From contig CAWCNY010000002.1 of assembly GCA_963797095.1 (NCBI GenBank), positions 1,306,110 through 1,370,109 of the forward strand: a stretch of DNA of 64,000 nucleotides, written 5' to 3'. The DNA comes from an uncultured Chloroflexia bacterium (GTDB lineage Bacteria; Chloroflexota; Chloroflexia; QHBQ01; JADMIH01). The notes beneath the pieces were generated by a model. The model did not search any database, was not told the DNA's origin, and saw nothing but the letters and a program-made list of their open reading frames with translations. A program made the translations under genes and the position numbers. Positions 31,432 to 41,389 of the stretch are shown here, piece after piece (position 1 is the first letter of the stretch; each line of letters starts with the position of its first letter).

Positions 31432-32178
31432 ATGCTCAAAGGCATCCTTTTCGATTTAGGCCATACACTCCAGGAGTTCAGAAGCGACGATTGGCCCGGC
31501 ATACGCAAAGTGATGAACACCGCCCTATATCGGCACATAGCCGCCAACGGCCACCAGCACAATTTGCCCCCGCTCGATGAGTTCCTTGAGATCATGGAGA
31601 GGCGAAGCCAGGCGATATGGGACCAGGCGCGCACCACACAGAGAGGACACTCCCTGTTGTCGATCCTTCCCACAATATTCGAGGAATATGGCGTGCAAGG
31701 TCTCACTCCCGATCAATGCCTGCAACCCTGGTACGACCAGCGCGCCTCGAACTGGATCTATATCGAGCCTGATGTCAAGCCCACCCTCGAAAAGCTACGC
31801 GACCAGGGCCTGAAACTGGGCCTTGTGTCCAACACGGCCTGGCCCGCCGCCGCGCACGATCCCGACCTTGAGCACTTCGGCATTATCGACCTCCTTCCAT
31901 GCCGTATCTACTCATGCGATTTCGGTTGGGAAAAACCCGACCCCCACATCTTCCACGCCGCCCTCGATTGCCTGGGGCTGAAGCCAGAAGAGACCGCTTT
32001 CGTGGGCGATTTCCTTCAGTTCGATATTGCCGGCGCGCATGGCGTTGGCATGAAAGCGGTCTGGAAGCGTATCGTGGGCCGCCCCGACGAGATTGACGAC
32101 CATACTATTGTGCCTGATGCTACAATTACCCGCATAGGTGAATTGCCTGCCGTGCTCGATCGGCTCTATAATGCTTAG
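31432..32178 (+). CDS. HAD-family hydrolase
   Basis: FDLGHTL, LVSNT, EKPDP, FVGD...DIAGA. Confidence 0.9.
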   Translation: MLKGILFDLGHTLQEFRSDDWPGIRKVMNTALYRHIAANGHQHNLPPLDEFLEIMERRSQAIWDQARTTQRGHSLLSILPTIFEEYGVQGLTPDQCLQPWYDQRASNWIYIEPDVKPTLEKLRDQGLKLGLVSNTAWPAAAHDPDLEHFGIIDLLPCRIYSCDFGWEKPDPHIFHAALDCLGLKPEETAFVGDFLQFDIAGAHGVGMKAVWKRIVGRPDEIDDHTIVPDATITRIGELPAVLDRLYNA

Positions 32179-32184
32179 ACAAGC

Positions 32185-34251
32185 ATGCTAATTCTGCCTC
32201 GCGAAACTTGCATAGACCTCAACCAGTCCATGAACAAGGAGTGGCTGGTCACCAACGGCATCGGCGGCTATGCCTCCGGCACGGTGTCGGGCGTCAATAC
32301 ACGCCGGTATCATGGCCTGCTGGTGGCCGCTCTCAGGCCGCCCGTAGAGCGCACCGTCCTCCTGAACAATATAGACGAGGATATTTACATAGATGACCGG
32401 GTTTACTATCTGGGCGTGAACGAGTACCCCAATGGCAAGATACACCCCGGCGGTTTCGTGCATATTGAAGAGTTTCGGGTCGAGGATGGCGTGCCTACCA
32501 CCACTTTCCATTTGGGAGACGAACTTCTCTACAAAACGGTCTGGATGGAGTACGGCCACAACACCTCTTACATTCGCTATAGCTATGCCCATGGCGCGTC
32601 CGACCTGCACCTGGTTCTCCATACCATGTGCAACTACCGGGACTACCACAGCACCACCCCTGGCGAATTCGACTGGAATTTTGAAGTCGAGCCGCTGGAT
32701 GGAGGCTGCCGGATAGTGGCTCGCGAGGGTGCGCACCCTTTCTGGCTCACTACTGAACCAAAGGCTGAATTCACCGCCACGGGCGTGTGGTACTGGAACT
32801 TCGTGTACCGCCGCGACGTGGAGCGCGGCTACGACGACCACGACGACCTCTATTTGCCGGGAGTAATTCGCATCACCCTCAAGCCAGGTGAGAGCTTGAC
32901 CTTGGTGGCATCCACCGAGCCGCCTGAGGCTACCACGTCCCTGCTGGATGGCTCGCTTGCGCGCGAGCAAGCGCGGCAGCGCAAATTGCTGCGCACCGCC
33001 GGTATGCGTGGGGCCAACATCAACGCAGACCCCTCAGACCCCTCAGCGCCAATCGAGGCGTTCGCGGGCCAACTGGTGCAGGCAGCCGATGCCTTCATGG
33101 TTTCCCGGCAGGTCCGGCGCGACGGCACGACACAGCAGGTGCCGACCGTGATCGCCGGCTATCACTGGTTCACCGACTGGGGCCGCGATACGATGATCTC
33201 GCTGCCCGGCCTTGCAATACCCACGGGACGGGTTCGCGAGGCCAATAAGACCCTGCGCACCTTCGCCCACTTCATCCGCGACGGCCTCTTGCCGAATAAC
33301 TTCCCCGACGCAGGGGAGATGCCCCACTATAATACCGCCGACGCCACCCTCTGGATGTTCTCAGCGGTCGAACGCCTGGCGGATGCGACGGGCAGCCTCA
33401 CCACAGCGCGCGGCCTTTTCCCCGTGCTTTCTGATGTGATTGCCTCGCATGTACGGGGTACGCGCTTCGGCATCGGCATGGATGCGGCGGATGGCCTCTT
33501 GCATGCGGGCGAAGCGGGCGTACAACTCACATGGATGGACGCCAAAGTGGACGATTGGGTCGTGACCCCACGCCGGGGCAAGCCCGTCGAGATCAATGCA
33601 CTCTGGTACAACGCCCTCCGCGTGATGGAGAAGCTAAAGCTGGCGCTGGGCGGCACGGTGCGCAACGGCAGGCTTCCCGCACCCGATTTTGGAGGATTGG
33701 CCGACCATGCCCAGGAGTCCTTCCGGCAGCGATTCTGGCACAACGGAGGGGGTTACCTGTATGATGTGATCGACGGCCCCACCGGCGACGATCCCTCGAT
33801 TCGCCCCAATCAGGTATTCGCCATCTCTCTAGGGCGCGGCCTTCTGACGCTGGCCCAGGCGAGAAGCGTGCTGAACGTTGTGCGCGATCACCTCCTCACA
33901 CCATACGGCCTGCGCACTCTCTCGCCCTACGATCCAGCCTACATAGGGCGCTACCGTGGCAACCGACGGCAGCGCGACGGGGCCTACCACATGGGGACCG
34001 TGTGGCCCTGGCTGCTCGGCCCTTACTTCGATGCCGTGGCCGCCGTCGAAGGCGTGCCGGTTGCCCGTGCGACGCTTTTATCGATCCTCCCAGCCCTGCA
34101 ACGGCACCTGGCAGATGCCGGGCTTGGCACCATCAGCGAAATCTTTGATGCCAATATTCCCCACTTGCCCGCGGGCTGTATAGCCCAGGCCTGGAGCGTC
34201 GCGGAGATACTTCGAGTTGTCACTGCTTACGCTATGAATGATAAACCATGA
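32185..34251 (+). CDS. Glycogen debranching enzyme (amylo-alpha-1,6-glucosidase)
   Basis: EWLVTNGIGGYASGT, RRYHGLL, AGYHWFTDWGRDTMI, TWMDA, EINALWYN, RPNQ, AQAWS. Confidence 0.93.
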   Translation: MLILPRETCIDLNQSMNKEWLVTNGIGGYASGTVSGVNTRRYHGLLVAALRPPVERTVLLNNIDEDIYIDDRVYYLGVNEYPNGKIHPGGFVHIEEFRVEDGVPTTTFHLGDELLYKTVWMEYGHNTSYIRYSYAHGASDLHLVLHTMCNYRDYHSTTPGEFDWNFEVEPLDGGCRIVAREGAHPFWLTTEPKAEFTATGVWYWNFVYRRDVERGYDDHDDLYLPGVIRITLKPGESLTLVASTEPPEATTSLLDGSLAREQARQRKLLRTAGMRGANINADPSDPSAPIEAFAGQLVQAADAFMVSRQVRRDGTTQQVPTVIAGYHWFTDWGRDTMISLPGLAIPTGRVREANKTLRTFAHFIRDGLLPNNFPDAGEMPHYNTADATLWMFSAVERLADATGSLTTARGLFPVLSDVIASHVRGTRFGIGMDAADGLLHAGEAGVQLTWMDAKVDDWVVTPRRGKPVEINALWYNALRVMEKLKLALGGTVRNGRLPAPDFGGLADHAQESFRQRFWHNGGGYLYDVIDGPTGDDPSIRPNQVFAISLGRGLLTLAQARSVLNVVRDHLLTPYGLRTLSPYDPAYIGRYRGNRRQRDGAYHMGTVWPWLLGPYFDAVAAVEGVPVARATLLSILPALQRHLADAGLGTISEIFDANIPHLPAGCIAQAWSVAEILRVVTAYAMNDKP

Positions 34252-35123
34252 ACCAACCTGGCTGGACCCCACCCCCGACCCCCGAATCGGATATCGGCAG
34301 GCTGAACTCGGCCCTGCGCGAAGCCCCGTCGTATATGCCGTCACCTGCACCCCCTTCCGCGGTACAGGACCACCCTGCCCGGTCGGCCACCGCCAACCGC
34401 TGGATGCGCATCCCCACCGAGCGACCCTTGCTGACCTACATCTTGCTGGGCATATTGGTTCTTATCTATATTCCGATGCTCATCTCGCCTCAGATCGACA
34501 GTCTGTTTCAAGAGTATGGAGCGCTGATTAAAGAACCGATCATAGAAGGCGAGTGGTGGCGGCTTATCACCGCGGCTTTTCTGCACGCTAACCTCCTACA
34601 TATCGGCCTCAATGGATACGCGCTCTACCTGATAGGGATGGAGGTGGAGGGGTTCTTTGGGAGGGTGCGCTTTGTCGCCATATATGCGATATCGTTGCTG
34701 GCCGGCAGCGTTGCCAGTTTTATCTTCCTGCCCTACAATGCCCTGGGTGTGGGGGCATCGGGCGCGATCTTCGGCTTGATAGGCGCTCTTGGCGTTTACT
34801 TCGGACTCAATCGCACGCTGTTCGGCAGGCTTGGGCGCGCCCAGTTCTGGAACATCCTCCTCGTCATACTGCTTAACCTGGGCATTGGCTTTTCCGGTAT
34901 CTTCCCGATTGACAACTCGGCCCACCTCGGTGGCTTGATCGCGGGATCGGTAGTGGGTTTCGTGCTGTGCCCGCGCTATCGCTTCGGCCCCTGGCGCAAT
35001 CTATTCGTGCGCGATATTGAAGACAGCAACACCGGACCACTCCCCTGGATAGCCTCCGCTCTCATCACGATTATCATAGTGGTTATCTTCCTGCTCGCGT
35101 TCTTCTACTACAACAGGTATTAG
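34248..35123 (+). CDS. Rhomboid intramembrane serine protease
   Basis: WWRL, HANLLH..N, GASGAIFG, AHLGG. Confidence 0.93.
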   Translation: MNQPGWTPPPTPESDIGRLNSALREAPSYMPSPAPPSAVQDHPARSATANRWMRIPTERPLLTYILLGILVLIYIPMLISPQIDSLFQEYGALIKEPIIEGEWWRLITAAFLHANLLHIGLNGYALYLIGMEVEGFFGRVRFVAIYAISLLAGSVASFIFLPYNALGVGASGAIFGLIGALGVYFGLNRTLFGRLGRAQFWNILLVILLNLGIGFSGIFPIDNSAHLGGLIAGSVVGFVLCPRYRFGPWRNLFVRDIEDSNTGPLPWIASALITIIIVVIFLLAFFYYNRY

Positions 35124-35148
35124 AGTAAGAATAGCGAGTGATTGAGGC

Positions 35149-35745
35149 GTGAGTATGGAATATCTCTGGACCCCCTGGCGTATGCAATATATAAGCGGGC
35201 CACACTCGCGCTCGGCCCACGTGGAATTGGGAGAGGATGCTCCGCCCTCGGCAGATGAGAGCGAGGAGGTGATCGCGGAAGACGGCCAGATGGTGGAGCT
35301 TGAGAGTACGGGTTGCGTGTTCTGCGACCGCATCCGCTACCCGCAATCGCACGACAGGATCAGCCTGATACTCTTGCGTGCCGGGCATAACTTTGTGATC
35401 CTCAACCTGTATCCGTACAACACAGGCCACGTGATGATCGTACCGTACAAACATACCTCCAACTTTGTGTCACTCCAACCCGATACTCTCAATGAAATGA
35501 TGTCGCTGTCGCAGCGCTTGATCGCAGCTATAGGTGAGGAATACCACCCGCATGGCTACAACACCGGGATGAACCTGGGAATGGTTGCGGGCGCGGGTGT
35601 GGCCGACCACCTGCATCTCCATATTGTGCCCCGGTGGGCGGGCGATACTAATTTCATGCCTGTAGTTGGGGCGACAAAGGTGCTTCCGGAATTGCTGGAA
35701 GCTACCTATGATAGGCTGAGGGCGCGTTTGGTTCCTGATTCCTAG
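35149..35745 (+). CDS. HIT-family hydrolase (Ap4A phosphorylase-like)
   Basis: LWTPWRMQYI, CVFC, NLYPYNTGH, HLHLHIVPRW. Confidence 0.92.
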   Translation: MSMEYLWTPWRMQYISGPHSRSAHVELGEDAPPSADESEEVIAEDGQMVELESTGCVFCDRIRYPQSHDRISLILLRAGHNFVILNLYPYNTGHVMIVPYKHTSNFVSLQPDTLNEMMSLSQRLIAAIGEEYHPHGYNTGMNLGMVAGAGVADHLHLHIVPRWAGDTNFMPVVGATKVLPELLEATYDRLRARLVPDS

Positions 35746-35866
35746 TTCCTGGTTCCTGGTTCCTTGTTGTGCGTTTTGGATGGTGTTTGTGAAGCAGAGG
35801 CCTGGTCCTGCCATCATATACTAAATGGCATTTGTTGGGCAAAACTGGACAGGTTTTGGGGTGTAC

Positions 35867-36646
35867 TTAAGTCCATATTTTAAATTCTTTGACCAGGCTA
35901 TTGAAGTCGTCGGGCCTCTCCATTGGCAGCATATGTCCTGCATTTTGAAATAGAACCAGGCGTGAGCCTGAGATCCCTTGATGCAACTCCCTGCTCAGGT
36001 GGGGTGGGGTAATCCTGTCATGCCCACCTGCTGCTATCAGCGTTGGTAGCTTGATCTCGGCCAGGCGGTCTGTCACGTCGAAGGCTATGCACGCTTCATA
36101 GTCGCCCAGCACCACTTTTTGTGGGGACCTTAGCATTTGCCTGTGCGTGCCGTTTCGCATTGCCTTTTGCCTGTATGTGAGAGGGCCTTCGTTGGCCTCG
36201 AAGCTTTCAGCTATGATAAGGTCAATTGCCGACTTGAAGTCAGTGTGTAGTAAGTGCATGAGGCGGGCCGGAACGGGATAGCGCGCCCCGGAACAGGTCA
36301 GCACCATACCGTGCAGCCAGGACGATTGCCGCAATGCCAATTCGAGGGCTACAGCCCCGCCCATCGAATGACCGATCAGCACTACATTATCCAGTTCCTT
36401 CTGCTCTACATATCCCGCCAGCCAATCGGCATATTTGACGATGGCCGATGGACGATGAGCAAAGGATCAACCGTCATCATATACAGATCCCGGATCATTT
36501 GCGCTTGGCCCCAGGCTTGTATGACCGGGTAAGTTGACATAATGCGCAGCAGGGAAAGCAGGTCGCTGTAAATGCCAGAAATCGGCGTTCGAGCCTGCGC
36601 CATGTATGAAGATCAGGGTATGTTCATTTTGATCTGTGTCGGTCAT
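35867..36646 (-). pseudogene. Alpha/beta hydrolase interrupted by an in-frame TGA (36467-36469)
   Basis: Reading from ATG 36646 gives LIFIHGAGSN...NLPGH...DDG*SFAH...LIGHSMGG...AGH, all in one frame with a single stop. Confidence 0.75.
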
Positions 36647-36786
36647 TTGCCACCTTGCGAAGCGCGATTCGTTCTAACGATTATAGAGATATCGGTAAAT
36701 GGTGCAAATCTACAGTGGGATCATGCGATTGCCCTGTCCTATCTATTTACCTTATAATACGTGTGATTAAAAGATGGAGGAACCTT

Positions 36787-37809
36787 TTGCGAGTTCTAGT
36801 TACGGGCATCACCGGCTTCGCGGGCAGTCATTTGATGGATTATTTACTGGCGGAGCAGCCTGATGTCCAGGTTTTTGGTATTTACCGGCGGAGGAGCCGC
36901 CTCGAGCATCTAGCTCATGCGCTCGATAAGTTGCACATGATCGAGCCTGGCGTTGCCAGCGTGGCAACCCTTGAAAGTTCGTTCAGGCAAGATAAGGTGA
37001 ATCTGGTTGAATGCGATCTGCTGGATGCGTTCAGCACGCACAAACTGATTGCGTCGGTCCGCCCCGACCGTATTTTCCATTTGGCGGCGCAGAGCCACGT
37101 GCCCGCTTCCTGGAACGCACCCGCCACGACCATCCAGGGCAATGTGATCGGGCAGGTCAATCTCTTTGAGGCTGTGCGCGAGGTTGGTATAGACCCTTTG
37201 ATCCAGATAGCAGGTTCCTCGGAAGAATACGGGATGGTGTACCCTGACGAGGTGCCTATGCGAGAGAGCAATCCGTTGCGCCCATTATCTCCCTACGCGG
37301 TAAGTAAAGTGGCGCAGGAGATGCTTGCCTACCAATATTACCAGAGCTACCGGATCAAGAGCATCGTGTCGCGAGGTTTCAATCACAGCGGGCCGCGCCG
37401 GGGCGAGAACTTTGTGGACTCCTCGTTTGCGCGCCAGATCGCGCTGATCGAGAAGGGGATACAGGAGCCTGTGATCTACGTGGGCGACCTCAGTAGCAAG
37501 CGCGATTTTACGGACGTGCGCGACATGGTGCGCGCCTACTGGCTGCTGCTCGAAAAGGGCAAGCCGGGCGACGTGTACAACATCGGCTCGGGCAACACCC
37601 GCCCTATGCAGGATGTGCTCGATATGTTGCTGTCGATGTCGAAGGTGGACGTGGAGGTGCGAGTAGACCCGGCCCGCCTGCGCCCCTCGGACGTGATGAT
37701 CCTGTGGGCTGACGCCTCCAAGTTCATGGACGCCACGGGCTGGAAGCCCACGATCCCCTATGAACAGACGCTGCGCGACCTGCTCGACTACTGGCGCGAG
37801 CGAGTGTAG
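36787..37809 (+). CDS. GDP-mannose 4,6-dehydratase / GDP-sugar reductase (extended SDR)
   Basis: TGITGFAGSHL, HLAAQSHV, GSSEEYG, YAVSK, RDFTDVRD, RLRPSD. TTG start after GGAGG. Confidence 0.9.
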   Translation: MRVLVTGITGFAGSHLMDYLLAEQPDVQVFGIYRRRSRLEHLAHALDKLHMIEPGVASVATLESSFRQDKVNLVECDLLDAFSTHKLIASVRPDRIFHLAAQSHVPASWNAPATTIQGNVIGQVNLFEAVREVGIDPLIQIAGSSEEYGMVYPDEVPMRESNPLRPLSPYAVSKVAQEMLAYQYYQSYRIKSIVSRGFNHSGPRRGENFVDSSFARQIALIEKGIQEPVIYVGDLSSKRDFTDVRDMVRAYWLLLEKGKPGDVYNIGSGNTRPMQDVLDMLLSMSKVDVEVRVDPARLRPSDVMILWADASKFMDATGWKPTIPYEQTLRDLLDYWRERV

Positions 37810-37817
37810 ATGCCAAA

Positions 37818-37848
37818 CAAGAACCTGCGCATTAGGCGCAGGTTCTTG
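37818..37848. terminator. Terminator hairpin between convergent genes
   Basis: CAAGAACCTGCGC-ATTAG-GCGCAGGTTCTTG. Confidence 0.75.
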
Positions 37849-37862
37849 CGTTTGCGGCCCAG

Positions 37863-39830
37863 CTATGGCGTGGGGGTGACCACGATGTGTGGAATGACCA
37901 CTATTTGCACATCGTCGAGCCACACTTCACCTTCGCCTGTGAGTTTGGCCCCGAGGGTGATTGTCTGCGCTGTAGTAGGCACGTACAGAGTAATTTCGCG
38001 CTTTTGCCAACCTCCCTGGCCTGCCGCAGCGTGTGACTCTCCTGAAAGCGAGCTAGCATTCGCCTGCTGGATAGGGTCATAGATCTGCGCCCAAATGTAT
38101 GCGTCGCCTTTAGCCTTGTCTGCGTTGACATAGGCCGTGATTCTCACCGATTCATTTCTGTATGCATCGGCCTTCAGGGTCTGTTGTAGGGATGCCGTCT
38201 TATCGGTTTGCTCTGCTACCACTCTCAAATATGCACCCTGACTGCCTGTGTATGCTTGCTCACTGCTCGTGCCCACTTCGAACTGTGTTGGTCTGGCTGA
38301 GATCAGGTGCCAGCCGGGCTGAAGTCCATCCTCGAAGCCTGCGTTCGTGAGTTCTTCTTGTACAGGGATGTTGGTAGTAGGTACGTCTTCTCCGACTATC
38401 TCTAAATCTGCATCATCGATCCAAAGCCTGCCGGCACCGGAAATTTGCACCCCCATTGCGAGAATGGTACTGTTCGGTGGCACGTCCAGCACAATTTCAT
38501 ATTGCGTCCAATCGGTGGTGCCATATATGGGCCGCGTTTCCATCTCGTCTTGCACTGCTATAGCCAGACCGTTGTAGACTTGTAGCCACAATCCTGCTTG
38601 CTCTTGCACATTGTCAGTCTTGAGGAAGGCCGAGAAGCGCACTCGCTTGCCAGCGTAGTTGCCGACCCTCACCCATTGTGCGTAAGCAGCGTAGTTCTCA
38701 GGATCGCTGGTTGTCTGTTCCAGCCGTGCGCTTGTTTTGCCCCCGTGTACCGTCTGATTGTCTATTCCCTTCGTCGCATAAGGTCCAAGCAACTCCCACC
38801 AATGTGTTCCATCCTCGAATCCCATGTTGCGAGCATCCTGGTGGCCGATTGAGTCTGTAGTCGCTACACTATCGTCTACGCGTACCAATTCCAGATCGTC
38901 TACCCACATCTGACCGCCGCCCTTCAGGACGGCTCCCACCCATACGTCCGTAGCTTCCTTCGGTATATCAAGCACAACCTCATATCTCGTCCAATCGGTC
39001 GTGCCCGATGGTGCTCTGTCTGACATGTCATCGTAGGCCGATGTGGGAGATGCCAGGCTACCTTGTTCCTGCACGCTGAACACTTGCATTGAGAGACCTG
39101 CCAGCGCGGTAACGTCTCGCGTCCTTATATAGCCACTAAGCCGCACACGATTGCCCGCGATAAGGCCGGGATCAATCCTCTGTGTTAGTCTGACAGTAGA
39201 CAACTGCTCGGTTTTGGAAGCGATTGCCATGCTGGCATTTCCGCTATGTACCACCGAGTTGTCGATGCCGAAGCTGTAATCGCTTGTTGGATTCGCTCCC
39301 CACTTAATGAATCCTTCTTCAAAGCCGGGATTCTCAAGAGGTATTTCGCCCATACCTGGAATTGGAGTAGGAGTTGTTGCCGGGTTCACAGGAACTTTGT
39401 TGGAAATAGCCAACAAGACCACGAGCAATCCGATCACCGCGAGTATGACTGCTGCTGCCACTGCGGGGTTCCACAACCCACCCCACATCAGACGCTCGCG
39501 TTGTATCTTGGTTCTCATCTTACGCGCTCCTTCAGGCAGGCCGTTCAGTTCGCGCGTCTGAGCTTGATTCTTGTGTGTCGCATCTGATGGTCGGTCGTAT
39601 AGCCCATCGAGACTACGGGCGAACTCTACCGAGACCTGCCCTTCTTGCTCGCCCAACCGCGCGGCGATGCTGTTCCAGACATAATCTGGTTGTTGTGGCT
39701 CACCAAGCTTCGCATTGAAGTACGCAGCCAGGCGTGCCTGAAGCTGGATATCGTCGGGTTGCAATGGATCGTTCCTTTGGTTTGTATCCCGCTCCATCAC
39801 CTTACTCCTCTTCCCTGTGTGTACGGCCAT
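37863..39830 (-). CDS. Putative anti-sigma factor: short cytoplasmic N-terminus, one TM helix, three extracellular jelly-roll (CBM-like) repeats
   Basis: Overlaps the ECF sigma stop. Three ~160-aa repeats begin NxGFEdG..W and end GxGxxWxDD. Confidence 0.7.
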   Translation of the reverse strand: MAVHTGKRSKVMERDTNQRNDPLQPDDIQLQARLAAYFNAKLGEPQQPDYVWNSIAARLGEQEGQVSVEFARSLDGLYDRPSDATHKNQAQTRELNGLPEGARKMRTKIQRERLMWGGLWNPAVAAAVILAVIGLLVVLLAISNKVPVNPATTPTPIPGMGEIPLENPGFEEGFIKWGANPTSDYSFGIDNSVVHSGNASMAIASKTEQLSTVRLTQRIDPGLIAGNRVRLSGYIRTRDVTALAGLSMQVFSVQEQGSLASPTSAYDDMSDRAPSGTTDWTRYEVVLDIPKEATDVWVGAVLKGGGQMWVDDLELVRVDDSVATTDSIGHQDARNMGFEDGTHWWELLGPYATKGIDNQTVHGGKTSARLEQTTSDPENYAAYAQWVRVGNYAGKRVRFSAFLKTDNVQEQAGLWLQVYNGLAIAVQDEMETRPIYGTTDWTQYEIVLDVPPNSTILAMGVQISGAGRLWIDDADLEIVGEDVPTTNIPVQEELTNAGFEDGLQPGWHLISARPTQFEVGTSSEQAYTGSQGAYLRVVAEQTDKTASLQQTLKADAYRNESVRITAYVNADKAKGDAYIWAQIYDPIQQANASSLSGESHAAAGQGGWQKREITLYVPTTAQTITLGAKLTGEGEVWLDDVQIVVIPHIVVTPTP

Positions 39831-40353
39831 CTGCCTGCAACCGGTCGCGCAAAGCCGCCAGCCCCCTGTGCAACCTCGACTTGACCGTACCTAAGGGCGC
39901 TCCCGTCAACTCGGCTATTTCGTCTAGCTGCAAATCTGCGTAAAAGCGGAGCGCCATGACCTTTCTCTGCTCCTCATCCAATGTGTCCAACGCTTCCTCT
40001 AACTCGGCATCGTAATCGGTAGCTGCAAGTGCCCAAGAAGGGGTTTCGCCCAGCCTTTCTGCTATGGAGTCGGAGTAGGGTGCTGTATGCAGTTGGCGCT
40101 TGCGCGCTTTCATATGACAGCGGTTCGCCACAAGCGTAAGGAGCCAGGGGCGGAATGGCCTGCCTACCTGGAAGCGGGGCATGGCGCGCCATGCATCCAC
40201 CCACGCTTCCTGTACAGCGTCTTCGGCGTCCGCGGGGTCATGTAGCAGTACCCGTGCCGTACGCTCGGCTCTCTCGGCATACATATCTACCAGACTGCGA
40301 AACGCGTTGCGGTCGCCGCTTTGCGCCCGCCGGACCGATTCGCTTTCGTCCAT
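39802..40353 (-). CDS. ECF-family RNA polymerase sigma factor
   Basis: AQSGDRNAF, DAEDAVQE, FRPWL, EIAE..G.PLGTVKSRLHRG. Confidence 0.93.
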   Translation of the reverse strand: MDESESVRRAQSGDRNAFRSLVDMYAERAERTARVLLHDPADAEDAVQEAWVDAWRAMPRFQVGRPFRPWLLTLVANRCHMKARKRQLHTAPYSDSIAERLGETPSWALAATDYDAELEEALDTLDEEQRKVMALRFYADLQLDEIAELTGAPLGTVKSRLHRGLAALRDRLQADGRTHREEE

Positions 40354-40493
40354 GTTCCTTCTCTCCCTGTGAAAAGCACATTCATTAGTGCTTCCACTAT
40401 ATTGTATGCGCAATGTGAGCCAAAAGGTTCCCGCTTGCTACCCCAGATCCCATAACGTATAATCTAACTAGATTACATGGGACCAATAGACTA

Positions 40494-41342
40494 ATGGCAG
40501 ACACCGGCGGCAAAACCTCAGCGCCTCTCCTTGTAGCGGCGCAGATGCGTGAGATCGAGGCCCAAGTTCGTACCTGCCAGCTTTGCAAGCTTGCCAGGAC
40601 GCGCACTAACGCTGTGCCCGGCGAAGGCGATTATGGGGCCGAGGTGATGTTCATCGGCGAGGGGCCGGGCTACCACGAAGACCGCCAGGGTCGTCCCTTT
40701 GTGGGCAATGCGGGGCAGTTCCTGAATGAGCTACTTGGCATTGCGGGCCTGTCGCGGCGTGAGGTTTTTATAGCTAATGTGGTTAAGTGCCGACCGCCCA
40801 ACAACCGCGACCCAATGCCTGACGAGATATCTGCTTGCGCCTCTTACCTCGACCGCCAGATTGAACTTATCAACCCACGCATCATCGTCACGCTGGGCCG
40901 CTATTCGATGGCCCGCTTCTTCCCGGGCGAGCGCATCAGCCAGATTCACGGAAAAGCTCGCGTGATCGATGGACGTTTGTGCGTGGCCATGTACCACCCG
41001 GCAGCCGGGCTTCACCAGGCCAGTCTTGCCGACGTAATCCGGGCCGATTTTCGTCTGCTTGCTGTTATCATGGAGCAAAGGCGCAAGATACTCGCTCCAT
41101 CTGCCCCTTCTACACCCGCCCCCGCGGTTGAGGATGAACCCCTCCCCACCACTCTCCAGCCTAACGCCGTGGAGGAGCAGAAAGCCGAGTATCAAGCTGC
41201 CGAAAAAGAGACCCAATCAGGGCCTACCACGGAACCCGCTTTGGAAGCTTCGGCCCCAAGGTTATCCGACCCTAAGAAGCGTGCCACCAAATCGAAGGAG
41301 AAGGAAGCAGAATACACCCAACTCCCCCTGTTCGACCTGTGA
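40494..41342 (+). CDS. udg: Uracil-DNA glycosylase family 4 with a long C-terminal tail
   Basis: CQLC, GEGPG, GRPFVG, KCRPPNNR, YHPAA. Promoter TTGCTA-17-TATAAT at 40435-40463. Confidence 0.92.
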   Translation: MADTGGKTSAPLLVAAQMREIEAQVRTCQLCKLARTRTNAVPGEGDYGAEVMFIGEGPGYHEDRQGRPFVGNAGQFLNELLGIAGLSRREVFIANVVKCRPPNNRDPMPDEISACASYLDRQIELINPRIIVTLGRYSMARFFPGERISQIHGKARVIDGRLCVAMYHPAAGLHQASLADVIRADFRLLAVIMEQRRKILAPSAPSTPAPAVEDEPLPTTLQPNAVEEQKAEYQAAEKETQSGPTTEPALEASAPRLSDPKKRATKSKEKEAEYTQLPLFDL

Positions 41343-41389
41343 AACCTCAAGCCCGCGCCAATACGCAATACGAAGTACGCAATACCCTC

